Assembly (NCBI GenBank): GCA_964019425.1
Contig: OZ025791.1
Coordinates: forward strand, 62,001 to 126,000
DNA length: 64,000 nucleotides
Source: Flectonema sp. DT1601
Lineage: Eukaryota
Reading direction: 5' to 3'
Within the stretch, counting starts at the first letter, position 1. Each line of letters starts with the position of its first letter. Shown here one piece after another: positions 1 to 10,445 of this stretch. The translations under genes were made by a program, and so were the position numbers. The notes beneath the pieces were generated by a model. The model worked only from the letters and a program-made list of their open reading frames with translations, was not told the DNA's origin and made no database searches.

Positions 1-884
1 ACACTCTGGTCAGCAATCTCCGTACATGCAACCACTTTCCCGAACCCCCCGCGAATCACCTCGGACGCAGACTTCAGATCTGCCTCGACCGAGCGATAAG
101 CACCAATGGGTCCAGCAAAAAAAGAAAGGAAACATGCCTCCAGTTCGGAGCGAACGCTTCTCGAAAACAAGAGAAACCGATCAAACAGAGAAAGTACAGA
201 GAACATGAAGTCAGCCGCTGAACTGGCTGCTTCATTCACCCAAGCCATTACGAGGTCAGCAAACCTGACACACTCGAGCTCAAGCGCACCCCAGACACCG
301 TGCGTGATGTCGGAGAGTTCCGCTTCACAAGTGCGCACCACATCGAGAAGCTTCACCCGGGTTATCGCGAACCGGATCCCGAAGCACTTCACGAGTCTAT
401 CGGTGGCACTGTGATCGGAGCATTGGCTGCTCCTCATCAGCTCTTCGACGGCCACTCTGCTCGCGGAACCAAACGCCCTCCTCATCGTGTCACCCACACG
501 GTGCGGAATACTTTTACCAACAGAGTGCGGCACGTCAGCATGACACGCAGACTCGTTGACGTTGGTGTTGCCGTTGACGTTGGCGTTGGCTTTGGCGTTG
601 GCTTTGGCGTTGGCGTTGGCGTTGGCGTTGGCGTTGGCGTTGGCGTTGTCGCTGGAGCTGGAGTTGGCGTCAGTGGAGGTGTTGTTGTCGATAATACAAC
701 ACCACTTGTCGATAATAGTGGTGGTGGTGGTGGTGTTCGTCGTCGTCGTCGTTGTCGCAACAACTTCGGCGGGCTCTTCGAACATTCCCAGCATCAATCC
801 AACTGGAGGCAAGTCAGGCAGACCGCATCCAAAGCAGAACACCGTCCACCAGAATACTCCCACAAATCCGATGATGGCAAACAT
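1..884 (-). CDS. Orphan membrane-protein ORF, copy 1 (3' part cut by the window edge)
   Basis: Matches the 5' part of 5057..6250; ATG at 884. Confidence 0.55.
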   Translation of the reverse strand, partial: MFAIIGFVGVFWWTVFCFGCGLPDLPPVGLMLGMFEEPAEVVATTTTTTNTTTTTTIIDKWCCIIDNNTSTDANSSSSDNANANANANANANAKANAKANANVNGNTNVNESACHADVPHSVGKSIPHRVGDTMRRAFGSASRVAVEELMRSSQCSDHSATDRLVKCFGIRFAITRVKLLDVVRTCEAELSDITHGVWGALELECVRFADLVMAWVNEAASSAADFMFSVLSLFDRFLLFSRSVRSELEACFLSFFAGPIGAYRSVEADLKSASEVIRGGFGKVVACTEIADQS

Positions 885-1137
885 TTTTTTGTGCTTTGTT
901 TTGTCTTAAGCCTGATAGAAGGAAAGGAAGTAACATCATGCCAATCCAGCAATAAAATATCAAGAGATCTGAACTTTGCTTTTACCACCAAAAGAGAGTA
1001 CATTTCCAACTGAGAATCCTGAGGAATAATGAGGGCCCATTTGGGGATCATGGAGAAGGCACACCGCGGTATATTATAAGAAGCTCACAAAAGAAGGTAA
1101 CCTATCAGAATTGGTAGCCACAAATCAATAAGAACCA

Positions 1138-1740
1138 TAAAACATATCAAATAAATCATTCCATTCCCACGTCACTTATCGACTTGTGCGCGGCTGAAGG
1201 CGGGAAATATTGATATAACAAAACATACCACATAAAGCATTCCACTCCCACGTCACTTATCGAACTTCACCACAAATCACAACACGAAGCAAGTTCAGTT
1301 CAATCAAGGAAAGGTGTAAAATCTTAAAAAGCAGATTTATGGTTAACAATCAATAAGAAATAGTTCCACACAGATCAAACATGCCCACCCCCCCGGGACA
1401 CGCGACACACACAAACCAATGGGCACTCAAAAACGAAACACGTGCAAAAATCACCAGCACTCAAACCACAATAAGAACTCATCAGAGTTAAACAACACGA
1501 CACTTAATTCCAACACAAACACAACACAACTTCACCACAAATCACAACACGAAGAACAAGTTCAGTAAATTCAAGGAAGGCAAAAGAAATAGTTTCACAG
1601 AAACATCTGACACAGACACACGAGCACTCAAACTACACATATGAACACACAACACACACACACAAAGAGTAATGAGAACTCGTCAGAGTTTCAACAAACA
1701 ATACACAACACATACATGCATACACACACACCGAGAGGAG
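1138..1740. repeat. Nested internal duplications in the unit (present in every unit)
   Basis: CATTCCAYTCCCACGTCACTTATCGA occurs at 1157-1182 and 1238-1263. AACTTCACCACAAATCACAACACGAAG occurs at 1263 and 1528, with further colinear blocks (AAGAAATAGTT, AGCACTCAAAC, GAACTCRTCAGAGTT) marking an older ~210-265-bp duplication. Confidence 0.85.
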
Positions 1741-3575
1741 GTTCAGTGAAGCTTCTGCTCACCTCATCATAAGTTCAGCTCCTGTTAAAAAAAAATGAAA
1801 ATATATACAAAAGTTACAAAATTGCAAACACCCTCTCATGTCACCATCACCGCAAAGCCCTCTCAACGATCCCTCCTTCCATCACACGGCAAGTGGTACC
1901 ATTTTCCACTTAACTTACTCTCCCCTCTCCACCACATCACTTGTGACATGTCCTTTCTGATAATAAAAAGAAGAAAGAATGATTGCAAACAAACGAACAG
2001 AACAAACAACAAATTAATAGCCAAAAGTCAGCGGCAAAACCTTTCCCCCCCGACCCCGACACGCAAGGCGTATTTGTTTGTGCGTTCAGGGGAATCACCA
2101 CACGGAAGGAATGCCATTCGCTAGACTTTAAAAGAAAGGTACGAAATCAACGAAAAGAAAGTGTTTATAAAAATTATTTAAAAAAAAGAAAATAAAGAAA
2201 TGTTGCGCCGGGAAGGTCATTTGGGGAATTCAATTGAAATGTGAAAGTGAACTGATTACATTGCAAAACAATCGCGCGTTATTACAATACAGTACCTATA
2301 CAAAAGTACAATATTATCATTATCATTGTTAGTTTTATTATTATTATTTCTCACCAGGGGGGCGTGACTCCTGCGTGAAGAAGGAAACACACAACCCCCC
2401 ACTCCTGAAGACTTGTAACTGCCGTGAGGCCGTCATCACAACGACAACGACAACCACAACGACAACGACGGCAGGCACGAAAAAAAAGAAGAAAAATGAC
2501 AAGACAACAACAACAACCCACATGGGTGACGAATGAAAGCAGTACTGATCACAGGATTTTACTTTTTCTAAATCGAAAATGTCAGAGAGAGAGAGACGAT
2601 AAGTATATTGCTGCAAAAGATTGAATTTCATTTACCAAAATTAGAGATTTAACCGCACACCACCACCACTACTATCATCATCATCATGATCATGATCTCA
2701 GATGGTGGCTCCTTCCTCAGTAATATGAACACGTCCTGAACATCAAAAACAGTTCACAGAGCAAGAAAACACTGCTTAGCAAAAATACCAATCAAATCAC
2801 AGCAGCAGCAGCTGGCTCACTCGCATACATATTGCCATTCTCTCTCGTGCGTCTCCTCCTCTCTTCATTCACTTCCCCCATTTACCTGCCAACCTCCAAT
2901 CCCGAGTAGCCTCCCACGACAAGTTTTGCCACGAGCGTTGCTATGTTGGGAAACCTAGCTCTCTGTGCGAGAAACCAGGAAATCCGCTGATAACTACACT
3001 CCGATGACCAACTGAGTGGGCGCTCAACTCGGATCATTGAGGCTGGTTCCGTCTCGGCGAGGAACTGCAGCTGCTGCGTGAGTCGAGTTGGTCAGCTTTT
3101 GCTAAAACTCACCAAGGAACAGGAAGTGAGAATCGAGTTGGTAAATGTTGTTGTTGTTTTTGTTGTGGTAGTTTTTACGGGATACTCGGCAACTGCCGCA
3201 AGAGTATCCCTATGATCGAGGAGCAGCACAAACAAAACCAGGGTGAAATTGTTTTTCTTTTTTTCCTCTCTCTCTCTCTCAATACGTAAAAGGTCAGTTT
3301 TGTTTTCTTTGCATTGTCTCTCTCTCTCTCTCTCTGTATCTCTCGTTCCGTCTCTCTCGCAGTAAAAACAAAAAAAAGGGTGAAAATCAGCAAAACTGGT
3401 TTTCCTTTTTCCCAGCCTCTCAAAAGACCAGAGCACTTGCCACCGCGAGAGAGTGAGAGAAAAGAGAAGGGGAAAAAAAAAAAGGAAGACAGCAGACTGG
3501 ACCATCACATCCACAACATCAACGAGAACAACATTGGAGCGGGGGGATCGGCAGCGTGTGCCTTCCCTCCCGCGG

Positions 3576-3833
3576 AAACAAATAAAGAAAGGTATCCAAA
3601 ACAAAGTAAAGAATGGTACACAAAACAAATAAAGAAAGGTATATAAAACAAAGTTAAGAAAGGTATACAAAACAAATAAAGAAAGGTATATAAAACAAAT
3701 AAAGAAAGGTATATAAAACAAATAAAGAAAGGTATACAAAACAAATAAAGAATGGTATACAAAACAAATAAAGAAAGGTATATAAAGCAAAGTTAAGAAA
3801 GGTATACAAAACAAAGTAAAGAAAGGTATACAA
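3576..3833. repeat. 23/24-bp minisatellite, 11 copies
   Basis: Consensus AAAACAAATAAAGAAAGGTATAC, with 24-bp variants AAAACAAAGTTAAGAAAGGTATAC and AAAACAAAGTAAAGAATGGTACAC. Confidence 0.95.
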
Positions 3834-5056
3834 TCTCCTCATGGGTGAATGCCAGAGAGAGAGAGCCTTTGCAGGTCGTCTCTCCAGACTTGCACTGCCA
3901 AGAGAAAATAAACGTTTTTTCCGCGACTGGTACCGAGGGATGGGATCTTTTTTGTTTTTTAAATTTTTTAAGGTTTTTTTATTTTTATTTTTTGTTAAAT
4001 TGAAAAGAAGAAATGAAAAATTGGACACAAAAACTCCACAATCTCAAAGCAAATCAAGAAAATAATAATATTCTCTCTTTTCAGCCTTTTGTTGTTCGTC
4101 GAAGTGAAGAGCCAGAGCATCGGAGTTGCAACTTCCGGGTTCCGGTTTTCCTTCTTTCAGTGCGTTTATTAGTTTTCGTGTGCCAGCAAAAAAAAAAAAA
4201 AATAAAATAAAATAAAATAAAATCCGACACAATTCTCCAAAAGACCATTCACATTTCGCCCCCGTGTTGTTAAAGAAAATTTCTTGTTGTTGGTTATGAG
4301 AAAAATGAAAATGAAAATGTCTATCGGCCGAGAGAGTAGTTGTACTCTCTCGCTCGACGACAAGACAACAACAACAACAACGACAACGACAACGACAACA
4401 ACTTACTAACCCAGATGTGAATGGCCCGTACTTTCTACTACTACTTGTCGGGGGAAAAAAAAAAAGAAAAGAGAAGTTCGTGTAAAGGAAATCCATCTCA
4501 CCTACCTTAATTCACAAAAGCAGCAATGCAATTGCAGCTGTCAGAAATGAAGAAGCGGCATCTAAAAACTAGAAAACAACTAAAAAAAAAAAAGACAGAA
4601 CCATTTTTCTTTGAACTTCAAACGAAAAAAAAACATGGCTGTCTCTCTCTCTCTCTCTCTCCACTCATGGCAGAGTTAGTTAATTGTCTTCAAAGTTTAA
4701 TACGGTATTTTTCTTCATAACAGGAAGGAAAACAAGGAGGAGGATAGATGAAAAAAATGAAAGGAGGAAAAAAAAAAAAAAAAAAAAAGAAAAGTGTGCG
4801 GTACATTCTTTTTGTTTTGAATTTTTTTTTTTTTTTTTTTTTTGTTGGAGTCGATCGTTTTTGTTTCTTTTTTTTTTTTTGAATAATTATACGCACATAT
4901 TAATTGGGTTAAAGGGAAGTTGGTACAAAGGTCGCTTATTATTATTATTTTTTTTTTTTTTTTAGTTTTGGTTTTGGTTTTGGTTTTGCTTTTGCTTTTG
5001 GTTTTGCTTTTTTTTTTGTTGGGCTGCTGTTTTTTTCAAACAACAACAGAATTCAT

Positions 5057-6250
5057 TTAACGACAACAAACATGAAAAACACAAGCCGCAAACAGCTGCT
5101 GCGCAAGCCGAAACTTCCTTTTTTCTCCGCTACTCATGCCGGCAAACAAACCCAAGAAATTGACAATTTCAAAGGAGAGCAATACCAACAACAAAACAAT
5201 CCAAAGAAGAAAAGAACAGGCATCGGAAAGCGCGGCGACAGCTTCAAACAAATACTTAATGTCAACTTTATTGACTACGGCTGCCGCCTCGACTTTCCAT
5301 CCCCTGAAGATGCGTTCCAAGTGTTTCTTGCTCTGATCAATCCGGTGATTGATGCAAAACAGCTTAACACTCTGGTCAGCAATCTCCGTACATGCAACCA
5401 CTTTCCCGAACCCCCCGCGAATCACCTCGGACGCAGACTTCAGATCTGCCTCGACCGAGCGATAAGCACCAATGGGTCCAGCAAAAAAAGAAAGGAAACA
5501 TGCCTCCAGTTCGGAGCGAACGCTTCTCGAAAACAAGAGAAACCGATCAAACAGAGAAAGTACAGAGAACATGAAGTCAGCCGCTGAACTGGCTGCTTCA
5601 TTCACCCAAGCCATTACGAGGTCAGCAAACCTGACACACTCGAGCTCAAGCGCACCCCAGACACCGTGCGTGATGTCGGAGAGTTCCGCTTCACAAGTGC
5701 GCACCACATCGAGAAGCTTCACCCGGGTTATCGCGAACCGGATCCCGAAGCACTTCACGAGTCTATCGGTGGCACTGTGATCGGAGCATTGGCTGCTCCT
5801 CATCAGCTCTTCGACGGCCACTCTGCTCGCGGAACCAAACGCCCTCCTCATCGTGTCACCCACACGGTGCGGAATACTTTTACCAACAGAGTGCGGCACG
5901 TCAGCATGACACGCAGACTCGTTGACGTTGGTGTTGCCGTTGACGTTGGCGTTGGCTTTGGCGTTGGCTTTGGCGTTGGCGTTGGCGTTGGCGTTGGCGT
6001 TGGCGTTGGCGTTGTCGCTGGAGCTGGAGTTGGCGTCAGTGGAGGTGTTGTTGTCGATAATACAACACCACTTGTCGATAATAGTGGTGGTGGTGGTGGT
6101 GTTCGTCGTCGTCGTCGTTGTCGCAACAACTTCGGCGGGCTCTTCGAACATTCCCAGCATCAATCCAACTGGAGGCAAGTCAGGCAGACCGCATCCAAAG
6201 CAGAACACCGTCCACCAGAATACTCCCACAAATCCGATGATGGCAAACAT
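5057..6250 (-). CDS. Orphan 397-aa putative membrane/surface protein, copy 2
   Basis: Stop-free 397 codons. Hydrophobic N-terminus MFAIIGFVGVFWWTVFCFG, T/N/A low-complexity linker, ~250-aa predicted helical region, C-terminal hydrophobic stretch FLLWIVLLLVLLSF, then KRKFR. Pyrimidine-rich acceptor TTCCTTTCCTTCTATCAG lies 27 nt upstream of the ATG. Same strand as all other genes. No family recognised. Confidence 0.6.
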   Translation of the reverse strand: MFAIIGFVGVFWWTVFCFGCGLPDLPPVGLMLGMFEEPAEVVATTTTTTNTTTTTTIIDKWCCIIDNNTSTDANSSSSDNANANANANANANAKANAKANANVNGNTNVNESACHADVPHSVGKSIPHRVGDTMRRAFGSASRVAVEELMRSSQCSDHSATDRLVKCFGIRFAITRVKLLDVVRTCEAELSDITHGVWGALELECVRFADLVMAWVNEAASSAADFMFSVLSLFDRFLLFSRSVRSELEACFLSFFAGPIGAYRSVEADLKSASEVIRGGFGKVVACTEIADQSVKLFCINHRIDQSKKHLERIFRGWKVEAAAVVNKVDIKYLFEAVAALSDACSFLLWIVLLLVLLSFEIVNFLGLFAGMSSGEKRKFRLAQQLFAACVFHVCCR

Positions 6251-8941
6251 TTTTTTGTGCTTTGTTTTGTCTTAAGCCTGATAGAAGGAAAGGAAGTAAC
6301 ATCATGCCAATCCAGCAATAAAATATCAAGAGATCTGAACTTTGCTTTTACCACCAAAAGAGAGTACATTTCCAACTGAGAATCCTGAGGAATAATGAGG
6401 GCCCATTTGGGGATCATGGAGAAGGCACACCGCGGTATATTATAAGAAGCTCACAAAAGAAGGTAACCTATCAGAATTGGTAGCCACAAATCAATAAGAA
6501 CCATAAAACATATCAAATAAATCATTCCATTCCCACGTCACTTATCGACTTGTGCGCGGCTGAAGGCGGGAAATATTGATATAACAAAACATACCACATA
6601 AAGCATTCCACTCCCACGTCACTTATCGAACTTCACCACAAATCACAACACGAAGCAAGTTCAGTTCAATCAAGGAAAGGTGTAAAATCTTAAAAAGCAG
6701 ATTTATGGTTAACAATCAATAAGAAATAGTTCCACACAGATCAAACATGCCCACCCCCCCGGGACACGCGACACACACAAACCAATGGGCACTCAAAAAC
6801 GAAACACGTGCAAAAATCACCAGCACTCAAACCACAATAAGAACTCATCAGAGTTAAACAACACGACACTTAATTCCAACACAAACACAACACAACTTCA
6901 CCACAAATCACAACACGAAGAACAAGTTCAGTAAATTCAAGGAAGGCAAAAGAAATAGTTTCACAGAAACATCTGACACAGACACACGAGCACTCAAACT
7001 ACACATATGAACACACAACACACACACACAAAGAGTAATGAGAACTCGTCAGAGTTTCAACAAACAATACACAACACATACATGCATACACACACACCGA
7101 GAGGAGGTTCAGTGAAGCTTCTGCTCACCTCATCATAAGTTCAGCTCCTGTTAAAAAAAAATGAAAATATATACAAAAGTTACAAAATTGCAAACACCCT
7201 CTCATGTCACCATCACCGCAAAGCCCTCTCAACGATCCCTCCTTCCATCACACGGCAAGTGGTACCATTTTCCACTTAACTTACTCTCCCCTCTCCACCA
7301 CATCACTTGTGACATGTCCTTTCTGATAATAAAAAGAAGAAAGAATGATTGCAAACAAACGAACAGAACAAACAACAAATTAATAGCCAAAAGTCAGCGG
7401 CAAAACCTTTCCCCCCCGACCCCGACACGCAAGGCGTATTTGTTTGTGCGTTCAGGGGAATCACCACACGGAAGGAATGCCATTCGCTAGACTTTAAAAG
7501 AAAGGTACGAAATCAACGAAAAGAAAGTGTTTATAAAAATTATTTAAAAAAAAGAAAATAAAGAAATGTTGCGCCGGGAAGGTCATTTGGGGAATTCAAT
7601 TGAAATGTGAAAGTGAACTGATTACATTGCAAAACAATCGCGCGTTATTACAATACAGTACCTATACAAAAGTACAATATTATCATTATCATTGTTAGTT
7701 TTATTATTATTATTTCTCACCAGGGGGGCGTGACTCCTGCGTGAAGAAGGAAACACACAACCCCCCACTCCTGAAGACTTGTAACTGCCGTGAGGCCGTC
7801 ATCACAACGACAACGACAACCACAACGACAACGACGGCAGGCACGAAAAAAAAGAAGAAAAATGACAAGACAACAACAACAACCCACATGGGTGACGAAT
7901 GAAAGCAGTACTGATCACAGGATTTTACTTTTTCTAAATCGAAAATGTCAGAGAGAGAGAGACGATAAGTATATTGCTGCAAAAGATTGAATTTCATTTA
8001 CCAAAATTAGAGATTTAACCGCACACCACCACCACTACTATCATCATCATCATGATCATGATCTCAGATGGTGGCTCCTTCCTCAGTAATATGAACACGT
8101 CCTGAACATCAAAAACAGTTCACAGAGCAAGAAAACACTGCTTAGCAAAAATACCAATCAAATCACAGCAGCAGCAGCTGGCTCACTCGCATACATATTG
8201 CCATTCTCTCTCGTGCGTCTCCTCCTCTCTTCATTCACTTCCCCCATTTACCTGCCAACCTCCAATCCCGAGTAGCCTCCCACGACAAGTTTTGCCACGA
8301 GCGTTGCTATGTTGGGAAACCTAGCTCTCTGTGCGAGAAACCAGGAAATCCGCTGATAACTACACTCCGATGACCAACTGAGTGGGCGCTCAACTCGGAT
8401 CATTGAGGCTGGTTCCGTCTCGGCGAGGAACTGCAGCTGCTGCGTGAGTCGAGTTGGTCAGCTTTTGCTAAAACTCACCAAGGAACAGGAAGTGAGAATC
8501 GAGTTGGTAAATGTTGTTGTTGTTTTTGTTGTGGTAGTTTTTACGGGATACTCGGCAACTGCCGCAAGAGTATCCCTATGATCGAGGAGCAGCACAAACA
8601 AAACCAGGGTGAAATTGTTTTTCTTTTTTTCCTCTCTCTCTCTCTCAATACGTAAAAGGTCAGTTTTGTTTTCTTTGCATTGTCTCTCTCTCTCTCTCTC
8701 TGTATCTCTCGTTCCGTCTCTCTCGCAGTAAAAACAAAAAAAAGGGTGAAAATCAGCAAAACTGGTTTTCCTTTTTCCCAGCCTCTCAAAAGACCAGAGC
8801 ACTTGCCACCGCGAGAGAGTGAGAGAAAAGAGAAGGGGAAAAAAAAAAAGGAAGACAGCAGACTGGACCATCACATCCACAACATCAACGAGAACAACAT
8901 TGGAGCGGGGGGATCGGCAGCGTGTGCCTTCCCTCCCGCGG

Positions 8942-9222
8942 AAACAAATAAAGAAAGGTATCCAAAACAAAGTAAAGAATGGTACACAAAACAAATAAAG
9001 AAAGGTATATAAAACAAAGTTAAGAAAGGTATACAAAACAAATAAAGAAAGGTATATAAAACAAATAAAGAAAGGTATACAAAACAAATAAAGAATGGTA
9101 TACAAAACAAATAAAGAAAGGTATACAAAACAAATAAAGAATGGTATACAAAACAAATAAAGAAAGGTATATAAAGCAAAGTTAAGAAAGGTATACAAAA
9201 CAAAGTAAAGAAAGGTATACAA
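8942..9222. repeat. 23/24-bp minisatellite, 12 copies
   Basis: Same monomer, 23 bp longer than in unit 1. Confidence 0.95.
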
Positions 9223-10445
9223 TCTCCTCATGGGTGAATGCCAGAGAGAGAGAGCCTTTGCAGGTCGTCTCTCCAGACTTGCACTGCCAAGAGAAAATAA
9301 ACGTTTTTTCCGCGACTGGTACCGAGGGATGGGATCTTTTTTGTTTTTTAAATTTTTTAAGGTTTTTTTATTTTTATTTTTTGTTAAATTGAAAAGAAGA
9401 AATGAAAAATTGGACACAAAAACTCCACAATCTCAAAGCAAATCAAGAAAATAATAATATTCTCTCTTTTCAGCCTTTTGTTGTTCGTCGAAGTGAAGAG
9501 CCAGAGCATCGGAGTTGCAACTTCCGGGTTCCGGTTTTCCTTCTTTCAGTGCGTTTATTAGTTTTCGTGTGCCAGCAAAAAAAAAAAAAAATAAAATAAA
9601 ATAAAATAAAATCCGACACAATTCTCCAAAAGACCATTCACATCTCGCCCCCGTGTTGTTAAAGAAAATTTCTTGTTGTTGGTTATGAGAAAAATGAAAA
9701 TGAAAATGTCTATCGGCCGAGAGAGTAGTTGTACTCTCTCGCTCGACGACAAGACAACAACAACAACAACGACAACGACAACGACAACAACTTACTAACC
9801 CAGATGTGAATGGCCCGTACTTTCTACCACTACTTGTCGGGGGAAAAAAAAAAAGAAAAGAGAAGTTCGTGTAAAGGAAATCCATCTCACCTACCTTAAT
9901 TCACAAAAGCAGCAATGCAATTGCAGCTGTCAGAAATGAAGAAGCGGCATCTAAAAACTAGAAAACAACTAAAAAAAAAAAAGACAGAACCATTTTTCTT
10001 TGAACTTCAAACGAAAAAAAAACATGGCTGTCTCTCTCTCTCTCTCTCTCCACTCATGGCAGAGTTAGTTAATTGTCTTCAAAGTTTAATACGGTATTTT
10101 TCTTCATAACAGGAAGGAAAACAAGGAGGAGGATAGATGAAAAAAATGAAAGGAGGAAAAAAAAAAAAAAAAAAAAAGAAAAGTGTGCGGTACATTCTTT
10201 TTGTTTTGAATTTTTTTTTTTTTTTTTTTTTTGTTGGAGTCGATCGTTTTTGTTTCTTTTTTTTTTTTTGAATAATTATACGCACATATTAATTGGGTTA
10301 AAGGGAAGTTGGTACAAAGGTCGCTTATTATTATTATTTTTTTTTTTTTTTTAGTTTTGGTTTTGGTTTTGGTTTTGCTTTTGCTTTTGGTTTTGCTTTT
10401 TTTTTTGTTGGGCTGCTGTTTTTTTCAAACAACAACAGAATTCAT

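Noticed and set aside
413..440. Hammerhead-like CTGATGA plus perfect 6-bp stem II on the minus strand
   Set aside because: Followed by GATC rather than GAAA, with no stem I or III; lies inside the ORF.
482..909. (TP)n mucin-like and (LA)n ORFs
   Set aside because: Alternative frames of the TTGGCG microsatellite inside the longer ORF.
1478..1692. CTGATGAG/CTGACGAG hammerhead cores in the duplicated block
   Set aside because: No stem II closing onto GAAA and no cleavage-site helix could be built.
2886..3073. hAT dimerisation-domain-like peptide WFLAQRARFPNIATL
   Set aside because: Lacks the downstream S..ERxFS motif; no transposase or terminal inverted repeats.
2879..3210. Resemblance to 5.8S rRNA, U1 or U3
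   Set aside because: Only scattered short words, in the wrong order or missing essential boxes; no 18S/28S nearby.
3576..3833. CRISPR-like array
   Set aside because: Monomers abut directly with no unique spacers, and there are no cas genes; it is a minisatellite.
3092..4965. F/Y/L/C-rich and K-rich ORFs over the minisatellite and homopolymers (up to 319 aa)
   Set aside because: Products of stop-poor low-complexity DNA; frame and length change between units.
1..5366. SL RNA, 5S rRNA, tRNA or U2/U5/U6 gene in the unit
   Set aside because: No SL exon core (CAGTTTCTGTACTTTATTG) on either strand. Short look-alikes (AAAGTACAGA at 191, GTTGTACTCT at 4339, GCTTTTACC at 978) do not extend.
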